Below, in pieces: positions 37,398-51,371 of a stretch of 64,000 nt of DNA (position 1 is the stretch's first letter; each line of letters opens with the position of its first letter). Made by a program: the position numbers and the translations under genes. This stretch comes from Eledone cirrhosa (taxonomy: Eukaryota): contig OZ024743.1 of the NCBI GenBank assembly GCA_964016885.1, positions 328,476,001 through 328,540,000 of the forward strand, read 5' to 3'. The notes beneath the pieces were generated by a model that was given only the letters and a program-made list of their open reading frames with translations, made no database searches and was not told the DNA's origin.

Positions 37398-39417
37398 GGT
37401 TTCATGAGGTACAGTATATTAATAGTTAATGTGGTTTCATGTGGTACAGTATATTAATAGTTAATGTGGTTTCATGTGGTACAGTATATTAATAGTTAAT
37501 GTGGTTTCATGTGGTACAGTATATTAATAGTTAATGTGGTTTCATGAGGTACAGTATATTAATAGTTAATGTGGTTTCATGAGGTACAGTATATTAATAG
37601 TTAATGTGGTTTCATGTGGTACAGTATATTAATAGTTAATGTGGTTTCATGTGGTACAGTATATTAATAGTTAATGTGGTTTCATGTGGTACAGTATATT
37701 AATAGTTAATGTGGTTTCATGAGGTACAGTATATTAATAGTTAATGTGGTTTCATGAGGTACAGTATATTAATAGTTAATGTGGTTTCATGTGGTACAGT
37801 ATATTAATAGTTAATGTGGTTTCATGTGGTACAGTATATTAATAGTTAATGTGGTTTCATGAGGTACAGTATATTAATAGTTAATGTGGTTTCATGAGGT
37901 ACAGTATATTAAATAGTTAATGTGGTTTCATGTGGTACAGTATATTAATAGTTAATGTGGTTTCATGTGGTACAGTATATTAATAGTTAATGTGGTTTCA
38001 TGAGGTACAGTATATTAAATAGTTAATGTGGTTTCATGTGGTACAGTATATTAATAGTTAATGTGGTTTCATGAGGTACAGTATATTAAATAGTTAATGT
38101 GGTTTCATGAGGTACAGTATATTAATAGTTAATGTGGTTTCATGTGGTACAGTATATTAATAGTTAATGTGGTTTCATGTGGTACAGTATATTAATAGTT
38201 AATGTGGTTTCATGTGGTACAGTATATTAATAGTTAATGTGGTTTCATGTGGTAGAGTGTATTAATAGTTAATGTGGTTTCATGTGGTACAGTATATTAA
38301 TAGTTAATGTGGTTTCATGTGGTACAGTATATTAATAGTTAATGTGGTTTCATGTGGTAGAGTGTATTAATAGTTAATGTGGTTTCATGTGGTAGAGTGT
38401 ATTAATAGTTAATGTGGTTTCATGTGGTACAGTATATTAATAGTTAATGTGGTTTCATGTGTATATTAATAGTTAATGTGGTTTCATGTGGTACAGTATA
38501 TTAATAGTTAATGTGGTTTCATGTGGTAGAGTGTATTAATAGTTAATGTGGTTTCATGTGGTAGAGTGTATTAATAGTTAATGTGGTTTCATGTGGTACA
38601 GTATATTAATAGTTAATGTGGTTTCATGTGTATATTAATAGTTAATGTGGTTTCATGTGGTAGAGTGTATTAATAGTTAATGTGGTTTCATGTGGTACAG
38701 TATATTAATAGTTAATGTGGTTTCATGTGGTACAGTATATTAATAGTTAATGTGGTTTCATGTGGTAGAGTGTATTAATAGTTAATGTGGTTTCATGTGG
38801 TACAGTATATTAAATAGTTAATGTGCTTTCATGTGGTACAGTATATTAATAGTTAATGAAGTTTCATGTGGTACAGTGTATTAATAGTTAATATGGTTTC
38901 ATGTGGTACAGTATATTAATAGTTAATGTGGTTTCATGAGGTACAGTATATTAATAGTTAATGTGGTTTCATGTGGTACAGTATATTAAATAGTTAATGT
39001 GGTTTCATGTGGTACAGTATATTAATAGTTAATGAAGTTTCATGTGGTAGAGTGTATTAATAGTTAATATGGTTTCATGTGGTACAGTATATTAAATAGT
39101 TAATGTGGTTTCATGTGGTACAGTATATTAAATAGTTAATGTGGTTTCATGTGGTACAGTATATTAATAGTTAATGTGGTTTCATGTGGTACAGTATATT
39201 AATAGTTAATGCAGTTTCATGTGGTAGAGTGTATTAATAGTTAATATGGTTTCATGTGGTACAGTATATTAATAGTTAATGTGGTTTCATGTGGTACAGT
39301 ATATTAATAGTTAATGAAGTTTCATGTGGTAGAGTGTATTAATAGTTAATATGGTTTCATGTGGTACAGTATATTAATAGTTAATGCAGTTTCAAGTGGA
39401 AGTGTATTAATAGTTAA
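37398..39417. repeat. 35-bp minisatellite GTGGTTTCATGTGGTACAGTATATTAATAGTTAAT, about 57 copies
   Basis: Head-to-tail units without spacers. Confidence 0.97.
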
Positions 39418-39589
39418 ATAACTAGTAAACTGGATAACGTAGTCCACTTGTTGATGTGGTGGAAGTGACCAGAATGTCTTTACATATATTCTTACTTCGT
39501 CTCTCAAAAATAAACATCTGTCCAGACGTTGATTTCACATTGCAATAACATCAGTTCTGGCTCAATAACACTCTCAGCTAGTTTTGCAA

Positions 39590-39835
39590 TCAACAGGTTC
39601 CAGATTCGATCCCACTGTGTGGCATCTTTGGCAAGTGTCATTTACCATAATCTGAAGTCAACCCTAGCCTTGGGAGTAAAGCTTGGGTAAACAGAAACTA
39701 TTTGGAAGCCGAACGGTTGGACTGTATTTGTAATTTAAATGACCAACTATGTAACAGACTTCTAAGTTCAACTCCCATGAGGTTAACTTTGACTTTCATC
39801 CTACCAGCGTCGATAAATAAAGTACCAGTCTATAG
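39590..39835 (+). mobile_element. Degenerate SINE fragments
   Basis: TTCGATCCCACTGTGTGGCATCTTTGGCAAGTG and TAACTTTGACTTTCATCC..GTCGATAAAATAAGTACCAGT. Confidence 0.55.
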
Positions 39836-39904
39836 TTGCAGATGGGAATAATACTTTTGTAATATTTGATCTGCTTGTGTGTGTTCTGAGTTCAAATCCC
39901 GCCT

Positions 39905-40240
39905 CGTTCTGAAAGATCTAGTTAGGAACAAAGAGATCCTGCGGAGAGCAGGGTCGCGTACACTGCAGAAGATCGTCATTGAGCACCGGCTCCGTTTTGC
40001 GGGTCACATTCTGCACCTCCCAGAATATCGCCCGTCCAAAACGGTGATGACGTGGATTCCCTTTGAAGTGGAAAAGAGGTCGACCGAAGATGACCTGGTG
40101 GCGGACTTTACAAAGCGACCTACAAACCGTCAACATCAGCTGGCAAGGATGTCAACGAGCTACCGTGCACTGACAACTTTGAGGACAATTGGTTGGCTTA
40201 TGTTCTCGACGGAACAAGTCGGACTAAGAGCTAAGATAGT
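39905..40240 (+). pseudogene. RTE-like LINE 3' fragment
   Basis: VRNKEILRRAG..IEHRLRFAGHILHLPEYRPSKTVMTWIP, then a frameshift in the RGRP motif. Confidence 0.75.
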
Positions 40241-40561
40241 ATCAGCAATGGAAAGATCAAGGTAACATTGTTTCCTTGGTCTTTCCATTGTTTCATTGGT
40301 CCGATCCGACCACCAACTGTTTTCCGCTTTGTTTCTTATTCTACTTTTAATAGAGTACAAAATCTGAAGTGGATAAATCTAAAACGAGAAGTATAATATA
40401 ATTATTTTTATGTTGTGTCACTAATATTTTAAGCCTTTATCCACTGATCATTTCCTGCCAGATAGTTTACTTCTTTCTTATTGGGGTCCGCCTGATCGCC
40501 CCTTGTTTTACCATTGTCGCCTTCTAGTATTTCATTTTAATCATATGCATATAATATCTAT

Positions 40562-40879
40562 ATAATTTTATTAAAATACAAATATTAATAAAATAGATGT
40601 TCTTGTGATCAATTAAATTTTATTACACATATTTCAGAGGTACAACAGTACGTCATCATCAGATAAAATAAAATGATACATGACATACCCTGAGATGTTA
40701 AATGGTTAAAATTTAAATCTTAACCATTTAACATAGATGTTATTGATCACAATAACATCTATTTTATTAATATTTGTATTTTAATATTAATAACTCTGGA
40801 AATTATTTTTTTCTGTAGAGTGCTTCCAATCTACTGTAAAACTCATTCTTTGATATACTCATTGAATCTTGTTTAACTC

Positions 40880-40885
<6 letters not shown>
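40562..40885. mobile_element. Family H fold-back with hammerhead at 40618-40668 (-)
   Basis: Minus strand ttttat-CTGATGA-tgacgtac-tgtt-gtacctct-GAAA-TATGTG-TA-ataaaa; hairpin centre about 40715; homologous to 17385-17540. Confidence 0.7.
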
Positions 40886-40929
<44 letters not shown>

Positions 40930-41145
40930 GTGTAGGTTTAGATTTAGACCTTGGGGCACGGGGCACTTCATTTTTTTTTGTTTTTTTTTGAGGGGACTCA
41001 TACACAAAAAATTAGAATACACAGCAAACTCCCCCAATTTTACCCATCAAAGTTAACTTGGCGCAATTAATTGGAATTGAAAAGTGTCATAATTAACTGG
41101 GTGATGCCTAAAAACATCTGACTGATAAAATGACAAGTCAGTCAA

Positions 41146-41460
41146 TCATATTGGTGGCCTCCCCACAGCCCTGGCGGACAGAATGGAGAAGGCGTTTCCC
41201 CGGAGGACGGCAAGGGAGACGCGCTGGAAAAGCCATTCCAGCTCGGGAGGCTTACACCTGCGGCTGGCCAGCTCAGCGCCTATGTTGGTGAGTAGGGAGG
41301 TAGCCCCAGGAACGAGGACACCAGAAGTCTCCACTGCCAAGGGTACAACCACAAACCTGTCGGAGAGCGACCGGTATTTGAAGAATTTGCCCCCTCAGCC
41401 CGACGTGCAGCAGTACCTGGGTTAGTCGCAAACTGCACCAGGTTGCGGCTGGACAAAGTT
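41146..41460 (-). pseudogene. 3' fragment of an RLE-type non-LTR retrotransposon (CRE-like endonuclease C-terminus)
   Basis: VVPLAVETSG..GATSLL..WLFQRVSLAVLRGNA motif; locally GC-rich. Confidence 0.7.
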
Positions 41461-41584
41461 ATACATACAGGTATTAAATTCAAAAATTATAAAATTAATT
41501 AATAATTATTAATAATAGTATATCGTGCAATGGCCATACTCGATAACGAGGGGGCAGCCATCATATACAGTGTATATGTATGCC

Positions 41585-41677
<93 letters not shown>

Positions 41678-41725
41678 ATGTATATATGTATATGTATATA
41701 TGTATATGTATATATATATATACAT

Positions 41726-41972
<247 letters not shown>

Positions 41973-42382
41973 CAGAGGCATACATATACACTCTCCTAGA
42001 AGTAGACTGAGGTATTTTACAAAAGAAATATATTAAACACAACAGTGGCAATATTTATGTTTCTAAAGTGACATTTGATTTATATATTTACTGGCAGTAT
42101 GGACATCCCAGACTATATATAACATACAGTTGTTTTGTAGTGCTTGTTTGTGTGTTTGTTGGTTGGTTTGTTATACTGGAGCAAAAAACAACAACAGCAA
42201 ACAAACACTACAGCCGTCACTAGCAATCGAGTATAATTTAGTAGTATCTACAATGATTTCGTTAGGCGTCAATGCAGTCGTGAGCAGACACATATAGCCT
42301 CCCGACTCTTCCTGCGTTGATCCGGGGTAACCTCGTGGGTGGTAGTAGAAATAGAGATATGTAGATAGATAGATAGAGAGCG

Positions 42383-42598
42383 ATCAGACCCCATAAAGTT
42401 CAAGAAGTCTTTGGACAAATTCCTTCGAGAAATTCCGGATAAACCTCCTACACTCGGATATGTCTCTGTAAACAATAAGTCTCTACTTGAGTGGGCCATG
42501 GTGTCCAAATGGGGATTTGAAAGATTTATCCAGGTGGTTTTATTAAGTTAGACATGGCCTGGGCCAATACTGGCCGAAACCTATCAAAGTTATCAAAG
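42383..42598 (+). pseudogene. LINE 3' tail (CR1/L2-group-like)
   Basis: DPIKFKKSLDKFLREIPDKP resembles the F(K)..LD C-terminal motif; ends in the short repeat TATCAAAGT. Confidence 0.5.
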
Positions 42599-42614
42599 TA
42601 TATATATATACTCA

Positions 42615-42820
42615 CAGATGTGAGAAAAACCACAGACCCTCCATCTCAACTCTACTTTTGAAAAGCAGAAGAACTGCGAAACCGGTAAAGGAACCAAATA
42701 AATATATATATTTAAAAAAAAATAAGACTCCAGTTGCATTTTCGATTTCATCTTTTTTTCTTTATACTTTCACTCGTGTAGGACACCTCGGTTATTTTTC
42801 ATTTTGTAAAAAAACCTCAC

Positions 42821-42827
<7 letters not shown>
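42615..42827 (+). mobile_element. Family A single arm plus tail, hammerhead at 42655-42690
   Basis: ctt-TTGAAAA-gcag-aagaa-ctgc-GAAA-CCGG-TA-aag; matches 2893-3107. Confidence 0.8.
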
Positions 42828-42885
<58 letters not shown>

Positions 42886-42887
<2 letters not shown>

Positions 42888-43660
42888 GAAAGTACAGCAT
42901 ATTCGAAGTTCGAGCAGCAGCTAAGCCAACGAATGCCTTCAGCAGTGGATCCAAGCACTTGACAAGGTATAGACCTCAGAGTAATAACATACAGTTTAAA
43001 GGGCTTTGCAAATTGAAGATAGCGACCGCTAATTCAGCCGCGTGATCTGTAACAAGGAAAGAACTGACTAGTGAGAAAAAATACATACACACAGATACAT
43101 ACATATATATATATACATATATATGCACATATCTGTATATATAACAAATCTGGACCATCACTTCGAAATTATTGAATATCTAAGTGAGGTTTCTGTAAAT
43201 CCGAAATCAACAAAATCTGCTTGTGGTGTATACAAGTTAGGTTTCTGGAAGATCGAACAGAAGAATTACTTTCTCAACAGGCTTTCGTTCTAATCCAAAG
43301 CCGGGTGTGATAGCACATGTTACTCCAAAGGGAGGTAACCCCGGTTTATGGCGGTCAAATTCAAATTATGAGCAATGGAAAAAATTCCATACACAAACTG
43401 AATTAAGCACTCAACCAGACCGTTATTAAACAAACTTAAATAATTAACCAATCAATGGAATTGTCAAATTAAATTAATCAATTAATCATTAGGTCTAGGA
43501 GATAGTAATACAAATGAAAGTACAGCATATTCAAAGTTCGAACAGCAGCTAAGCCAACGAATGCCTTCAAAAGTGCAGCCAAGCACTCGACAGGGTATAG
43601 ACCTAAGAGTAATAACATACAGTTTAAAGGGAAGATAGCGACCGCTAATCCAGCCGCGGT
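42886..43660. mobile_element. Element with ~150-bp terminal direct repeats between TA tracts
   Basis: 42886-43042 is similar to 43514-43658 in the same orientation. Confidence 0.6.
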
Positions 43661-43666
43661 ATATAT

Positions 43667-44588
43667 ACAGTCGAGTCCGCTTAAGAGTATATCGGTTAAG
43701 AGTATAGGCTGCTTAAGAGTATAGCATAATCAATTCCCGAATTGATGTACTATGTTTTGTACAGTGCATGGGTCCGCTTAAGAGTATATCGGATTAGAGT
43801 ATAGTTCGCATAAGAGTAGAGCATAATCAATTCCCGTTTATATATTTTCTATATAATTTAGTCCGAATAAGAGTATAATGACTACGGTAAAGTAAATTGG
43901 GCTTATAATGTAACATAACCATTTTAAAACAATTCAAAATGAAGTGCGATGATGTCATTTATAAAACCTAAAAGCAATTCTAAAAGCAATTTAAAGTTTA
44001 ATATATGCAAATACAAAAATAATAATTCATTGTGTCATAAAAATGTCTTTGAAATACTCTGCTTTATTCATTACTCAAAAAATATCCATTACTCAAAGGT
44101 TAGTATGTATTATTCTTATATTTATAATATGATTGTGCATAGGTACCTAACATAACTTTAATCATTTATCAATATTTTAGATCTCTGGAAAAGAAGGAAT
44201 AAATGCTTTGTTGACTCTACGGTCCTATATGATGCAATCGTTTGAAAATTTTGAAAATTATACTGTCTGAGATCGAGGAATTGATTGAAAAAAAAATTGC
44301 GAGCAATCGAGTGCAAAAAAGCATTTGGGACTATTTTTAGAAAATAAAAATTGCATACCAATATGTTGAAATATTGCTTAATTTATCTATAATTTGCAAT
44401 AATTCTTGTTCAATTTTTTGGTGTAACTTTCATTTTTTTTACTTATAAATGCATTTTAAACGATAATAAAGCGATTTTAATCATTGAAAGACCCAAAATA
44501 CTATGGAATATTTTTACTTAGTCCGGATAAGAGTATAGTCCGGGTAAGAGTATACTATTTTCCATTCCCGAGGGTATACTTTTGAGCG

Positions 44589-44592
<4 letters not shown>
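43667..44592. mobile_element. Non-autonomous Tc1/pogo-type DNA transposon (MITE)
   Basis: TA-CAGTCGAGTCCGCTTAAGAGTATA left end; TATACTTTTGAGCGGACT right end; repeated TAAGAGTATA subterminal motifs; inverted end pieces recur at 45635-45705 and 46545-46707. Confidence 0.7.
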
Positions 44593-44636
<44 letters not shown>

Positions 44637-44917
44637 GTAAGTATGTATGAATGTATACGTACATACATATATGTACGCCGTAATTTGGGCTGTTTGTTTG
44701 TTTACAAACAAACCGAGCATTATAATAAATGTTCGGTAAACCGATACGTGCATATATATATGTGTGCATGTATGTATATATATACATACTACTGTACGTC
44801 TGTATACATATATGTATGTACGTATACATACATACATACATACATACATACATACATACATACATTTAAGTAAGTGCCGTACCAAGAGTGAGAAATGAAA
44901 TTTCGTTTCATTCTATT

Positions 44918-44987
<70 letters not shown>

Positions 44988-45342
44988 TATGTAGATGCGT
45001 TCTTGAGACTAGTAAAATGAGGTATCCTCTTGATAAGTCGGCAGACCTCGCAAGGACTCTATATCTTTATGATGTATTGTTTTTGTTTATGCCACGAAAC
45101 TACGTAGTCGAGGAATCTAGGAGCAGTTTAGGTATGATACATTTTATTACTAATTATATCTAAATGTTTCTTCTCTCTTCATAATGTATTTTTAACTCTG
45201 ATACTGGTTCAGTCTGGTTCAACCGGATTGGTCTGTCCCAGTCATTCATTGAGCAACATCGGTGAAGTTGACACCCTTAACTCACGGTTGGGTGCGGATG
45301 CATTCATGTATATGTGTGTGTCCGCATGTATCTGTGTGTTTC

Positions 45343-45419
<77 letters not shown>

Positions 45420-45436
45420 ATATATATGTATGTATA

Positions 45437-45506
<70 letters not shown>

Positions 45507-45518
45507 TATATATATATG

Positions 45519-45639
<121 letters not shown>

Positions 45640-46024
45640 CGCTCAAAAGTATACCCTCGGGAATGGAAAATAGTATACTCTTAACCGGACTATTCTCTTA
45701 TCTTAAATGTATATATATATATGTATATATATATATATGATATATATATATATATAAACGGAAAAAATTAAACGAAATTTCATTTCTCACTCTTAGTACG
45801 GCTGTTACTTAAATATAAGTATGTATACGTACATACATATATGTATACAGACGTACAGTAGCATGTGTATATATATACATACATGCACACATATATATAT
45901 ATGTACGTATGGATTCACCAGACATTTATTATAATGCTCGGTGTGTTTGTAAACAAACATCCCGAATTAAGCCGTACAGTGTCTAGCAACCATCGTTGCT
46001 CATTTGTTCAACACTGACAAAGGA

Positions 46025-46067
46025 ACGCTGTACTAGTTTCAAGTTTATTAGCTATCGTCAGCAACGT
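46025..46067 (-). ncRNA. Hammerhead ribozyme (family L, left arm)
   Basis: Minus strand acgttg-CTGACGA-t-agct-aata-aact-t-GAAA-C-TA-G-TA-cagcgt. Confidence 0.7.
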
Positions 46068-46335
46068 ATACCTTCCTGTCAAATGGTTGAACGTCTGAAA
46101 GTATATATTTTCCTTATGCATATTAACGGCTGAGCAGCGTAATTTGCATATCGAGTGAGTTAATCGGCTGGGTTACCGAAAACGATAAACGGAAAAAATG
46201 AAAAAAAATGAAAAAATATAAGTATGTATACAAGTATATACTTTCCTTATGCATATTAACGGCATATTAACAGCCGTTAATATGCATAAGGAAAGTATAT
46301 ACTTTCAGACGTTCAACCATCTGGCAGGAAGGTAT

Positions 46336-46378
46336 ACGTTGCTGACGATAGCTAATAAGCTTGAAACTAGTTCAGCGT
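46336..46378 (+). ncRNA. Hammerhead ribozyme (family L, right arm)
   Basis: acgttg-CTGACGA-t-agct-aata-agct-t-GAAA-C-TA-G-TT-cagcgt. Confidence 0.75.
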
Positions 46379-46734
46379 TCCTTTGTCAGTGTTGAACAAA
46401 TGAGCAATGATGGTTGCTAGACACTGTACGGCTTAATTCGGGATGTTTGTTTACAAACACACCGAGCATTATAATAACTGTTCGGTGAATCCATACGTAC
46501 ATATATATATGTGTGCATGTATGTATATATATATATACATACTATAAACGGGAATTGATTATGCTATACTCTTATGCGAACTATACTCTTATCCGATATA
46601 CTCTTAAGCGGACCCATGCACTGTACAAACCATAGTACATAAATTCGGGAATTTATTATGCTATACTCTTAAGCAGCCGATACTCTTATCCGATATACTC
46701 TTAAGCGCGCGTGTGTGTGTGTATATATATGTGT

Positions 46735-46820
<86 letters not shown>

Positions 46821-47159
46821 ACATATACATATGTATATATCCACCTCTACACACAGAGACAGTAATTTTGTTAAAGGGATTACGCTTGTGACATATCAAT
46901 GATTATTGTAAATGTGTGATGTATTGGAGGAAATTGCTGAAGGGATATAACAAGATGGCGTCGTTGTGTGAGAGTGTGATGAGGAGTGGGAGGAGTAGGA
47001 GGGAGTGGAGGTAGTGGGAGGACTGGAAAGTAGAGGGAGTGGGAGGTTGGATGGGGGAGAGGCAGAAAAAGGAGAGAAGAAAGATGTTCAACTAATTCCC
47101 AGAAATGGCGGTTCTAACCTAATTTTTGGAATATGCCTCTCCTCTCCCCATTTTTCTCG

Positions 47160-47505
47160 CACCCTCTCACATTCACCCTCTCACTTTCACTCTCTCCCCT
47201 TTCTCATTCACCCTCTCACTTTCACTCCCCTTCTCTCTCTCTATCTCATTCACCCTCTCACTTTCACTCTCTCTCTCTCATTCACCCTCACCCTTTCACT
47301 CTCTCCCTCTCATTCACCCTCTCTCATTCACCCTCTTACTTTCACTGTCTCTCTCTCTCTCTCTCATTCATCCTCTCACTTTCACTCTCTCTCATTCACC
47401 CTCTCACTTTCCCTCTCTCTCTCTTATTCACCCTCTCACTTTCACTCTCTTCCTCTCTCTTATTCACCCTCTCACTTTCACTCTCTCCCTCTCTCTCATT
47501 CATCC
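47160..47505. repeat. Pyrimidine-rich minisatellite ATTCACCCTCTCACTTTCACTCTCTC
   Basis: Irregular tandem copies. Confidence 0.85.
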
Positions 47506-47623
47506 TGTCTTTTTCTCTCTCTCTCTTTTTCCTTCCTTCATTTGTTTTCTACTCTTGATTTCTGTATCAATGGAATATATCTTCCTCCCCCACTCCCTCA
47601 TTTTTCTTGCTGTTGTTGTTGTT

Positions 47624-47659
<36 letters not shown>

Positions 47660-48189
47660 GCTATTGTTGTTGTTGTAGTTATTATTGTTGTTGCTGTTAT
47701 TGTTATTGTTGTCGCTATTGTTGTTGTTTTGTTGTTATTGTTGTTGTTATTGTTGTTGCTATTGTTGTTGTTTTTGTAATTGTTGTGTTGTTCTTTTTTT
47801 CATCATCATCATCATCATCCTCATCATGATTCTTTGCCGTGCCACCTCCTCTCGTCATATTCTCCTACTCTTCCTTTCCCCTTATTCCTCCTCCTACTCT
47901 TTCCATCTTCCTCCACTTCCCCCTCTTCCTTATCCCCCACCCCCACTTCCGCTTACCCTTCAGCCCTTCTCCCCCCCTCTCTATCTGACCAACTTTACGT
48001 AGTCCCATAATGACGACAAATACGCCATCTTTGAATATTATTGAAGTGTCGGCCATGATGGACATGGCTGATTCACACACACACACTTCTATTGATATAG
48101 ATAACAACAACAACAACAACAGCATATTCTATATGCCGCAAAACATGTTTCCTGATGCTCCACCGATACTCTCAATCCCCTGCCTTCAT

Positions 48190-48475
48190 AATAATTGTTT
48201 CTACTTTTGGCACAAGGCCAGCAATTACCCCAGTGCATTACTAGTACTTTATTTTATCGACCCCGTAAGGATGAAAGGCAAAGTTAACCCCGGCGGGATT
48301 TGAAATCAGAATGGCAAGGGCCGTAACTCTATACCTCAAAGCATGGCGTCCAACCCTTTACCGATACTGCCAATCCACCGTGGTTTCTAATTTAGACACA
48401 AGGCCAGCAATTTTATGGGAGAGGAAAGTCGATCAAATCGACCCAGTGTGTAACTGGTACTTTATTTTATCGAGC
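48190..48475 (-). mobile_element. tRNA-derived SINE(s), minus strand
   Basis: Reverse complement of the SINE at 51450-51633. Confidence 0.75.
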
Positions 48476-48502
48476 CCCTTCCATTATACACATAATATAC
48501 AC

Positions 48503-48845
48503 CATTAAATTCTCTACCTAACTCCCTTCCGCCTCCCTCTAACACACACCCTTAAATTCTCTACGCAACTCCCTTCCACCTCCCTCTAACACACACCCTT
48601 AAAGTCTCTACCCAACTCCCTTCCACCTCCCTCTAACATACGCCCTTAAATTCTCAATCTGACTCCCTTCCACCCCCCCTCTAACATACCCTTAAATTCT
48701 CAATCTAACTCCCTTCCAGCCCCTTCTAACATACACCATTAAATTCTCAATCTAACTCCCTTGCACGTTCCGCTACCAAAGTCCCTAATATCTCTGTTCT
48801 AATCCCCTCCCCCTATCATACTCCCTTAAATTCTCAATCCAACCC
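48503..48845. repeat. ~46-47-bp minisatellite
   Basis: TTAAATTCTC..AACTCCCTTCCACCTCCCTCTAACA repeated. Confidence 0.85.
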
Positions 48846-49324
48846 CCTTACACCTGCCTCTGCCTTAATCCCTCCTACCTTCCGCTACGTTATTGCTGGC
48901 GATACAAACATATTTCAAGCTTTATTTATTATAAAATAAATTATGTGGTCCTGTACTGAATGACCTTAGTTAATTTACCTCTTAGTTGGAGAAAGAAAAC
49001 CAAAAACCTAGCGGTAATTGTTAACAACACTTGCTTATTATCATTTGGTCACCATTACCGACCAAGTTCAGCCATGTTGAACTAATGTTTTATCACAGAC
49101 GCTAGTCATTAAAAACATCTGAAAGGTATAATTAATATATTTACCACCGACCTTGTTCACCTTGTAAATACCTTGTTGCTGTCGATAACAGGATTCTTAA
49201 ATACTACGGATATAACGTCATTTGAAAGCAATTCAAACCCAGAACCATCACAGTTTTAGCATAGCTATGTCATAGCCGCCATATTTGACGGACTTCACTA
49301 ATGTCTCCAGTTTAGTGGGTTTAA

Positions 49325-49628
49325 CACAACATATCAAATTGTTGGTACCCTACAAAATATCAAAGTGTTGGTACTCCACAACATATCAAGTTGTTGGTAC
49401 CTCACAACATATCAAGTTGTTGGTACCTCACAACATATCAAAGTATTGGTACCTCACAACATATGAAGTTGTTGGTACCTCACAACATATCATGTTGTTA
49501 GTAGCTCACAACATATCAAGTTGCTGGTACCTCACAGCATATCAAAGTGTTGGTACTCCTCAACGTGTTGGTACCTCACAACATATCAAAGTGTTGGTAC
49601 CTCACAACATGAAATTGTTAGTACCTCA
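49325..49628. repeat. ~26-bp minisatellite GTTGGTACCTCACAACATATCAAGTT
   Basis: Tandem copies. Confidence 0.9.
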
Positions 49629-50344
49629 GGCAACGTAAAGAGAGGAAAAAAATGAGAAAATCAAGTCAATGATTCATTTTAAACATAAGAACTTGCGAAT
49701 TGGCTTCCATTTCTAATTCTTCATTTTATTATATATATCATATTTGCAACAACACAGCTCGTCATTTTTCATTCATATATGCTTTCCCCTTCGCTGTGAC
49801 CTGTCTTTTTCTCTTCCCTTACTGCTATCCTCTTTCTCTCTCCCCCTTCTCTCTCCTTCTCCCTCTTACTTTCACTCACCCCCTCTGCTAGTCACCCTCT
49901 CTCGGCTAGCCTCTTCCTCACACTTTCACTCACTCACTCTCTGCTACTCACCCTCTCTCTCACTTCCTCCATCGTCCCACACCGTACAAGATTCTTTCCT
50001 CGTTCACATCCGAACGGCCAAGATGTGTCTTTGCCTTCTCGTCAATATTCGGAAGTTCTTATGTTCAAAATGAATCATTGACTTGATTTCTCATTTTTTC
50101 CTCTCTTTACGTTGCCCTTGTTTGTTTACCTCTCTCTCTTTCTCCACCCAATTCTTTTTATCCCAATAACTTAATTTAGTTATTGTATTGTCCTAGCCGG
50201 AGGTATATGGTCTGTAATGCGAAGAAGTACCTATGATGGCTAGTCCTGGTTTCTATTTCTAATTGTTCATTTTATTATGTATATCATATTTGCAACAACA
50301 CAACTCGCCATTTTTCATTCATATATATATATATATATATATAT

Positions 50345-50467
50345 AATGTAGGAGGTGAGTTTTATTGTAGTACAATAAAGCAATGCAGATATCGGAGATT
50401 GCATGATGATGCTTGTTTTGAAATGCGCATAATAAAATACATGGAACTCTTTTAACCATCTTTTGAT

Positions 50468-50472
<5 letters not shown>
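50345..50472. mobile_element. Internally deleted derivative of the 63351-63772 fold-back
   Basis: Left 55 bp match 63351-63400; right part matches 63700-63770. Confidence 0.75.
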
Positions 50473-50506
<34 letters not shown>

Positions 50507-51371
50507 CATGAGAAGAAAGAAGAATACTGCGTGGTTTGCACATGGGTTACATATGATAAAAATAGTCCTTCGTCAGTGATTTTCCAACCATCATTGGTAT
50601 TTCATCGCATTAAAAATCAGATACCTCAGGTTGGTGCGAGCAATAATCTAAAAAAAGTTATTGGGACCAGTAATCGCGTAAAGCGAGGGGGACAAGTGAA
50701 CAACATAGAAGGATAAAAACAAACCAAAGAAAGGAAATAAACAAGCAACATGGTTGTCCTGGTCAACATAAGCTGGGTGGATTTCATGAGCGAAAAGTAC
50801 AGATGTCCGACCTGAGTGAGATGTAAGCAAGAAGAGGCCCACTGTTAGCCAAACGGGAGGAAGTGAGAAGGGGAGAAACAGAGAGTGAGTGAGTGGAAGT
50901 GATATATATATATATATATATAAATGTATGCATAGTATATTTGGCAATATACCGTATGTTTAATTAAAAACATTTTGAAGACCTTACATTTTTAAAGTAG
51001 TGACATTTACATCTTTTCGGCGAAAGAAGGGAGAGTAGCTAACAGTCTGTTTCATGCTGTTAGCAATCATCGGAGCTACGTACTGCCCTCTTCCGCCGAA
51101 AATTATAGAAGATGGTTCTTAAAGAATTCCAGTAATAATCAGGAGCTGATTATACAGAGCGATTGGCGGTCCAGCAAAAATTAAGTATTAGGATTAGTGC
51201 TCTGAAACAGCGATGTATACATGAATGTATGTATAGTATATTTGGCAATATACCGTATGTTTAATCAAAAACATTTGAAGACCTTACGCTATCATTTTTA
51301 AAGCAGTGACTATGTCACTTACTTCTTTTCGGCGAAAGAAGGCAGAGAAGCTAACAGTCTGTTTCATGCTG

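Larger units (their letters stand above)
45757..46545. mobile_element. Fold-back element family L
   Basis: About 45860-46130 is inverted relative to about 46272-46540; left-only tail; deleted relative at 44632-44920. Confidence 0.8.

Noticed and set aside
37398-39417. CRISPR-like 35-bp periodicity
   Set aside because: Units are contiguous with no unique spacers; eukaryotic context and no cas genes
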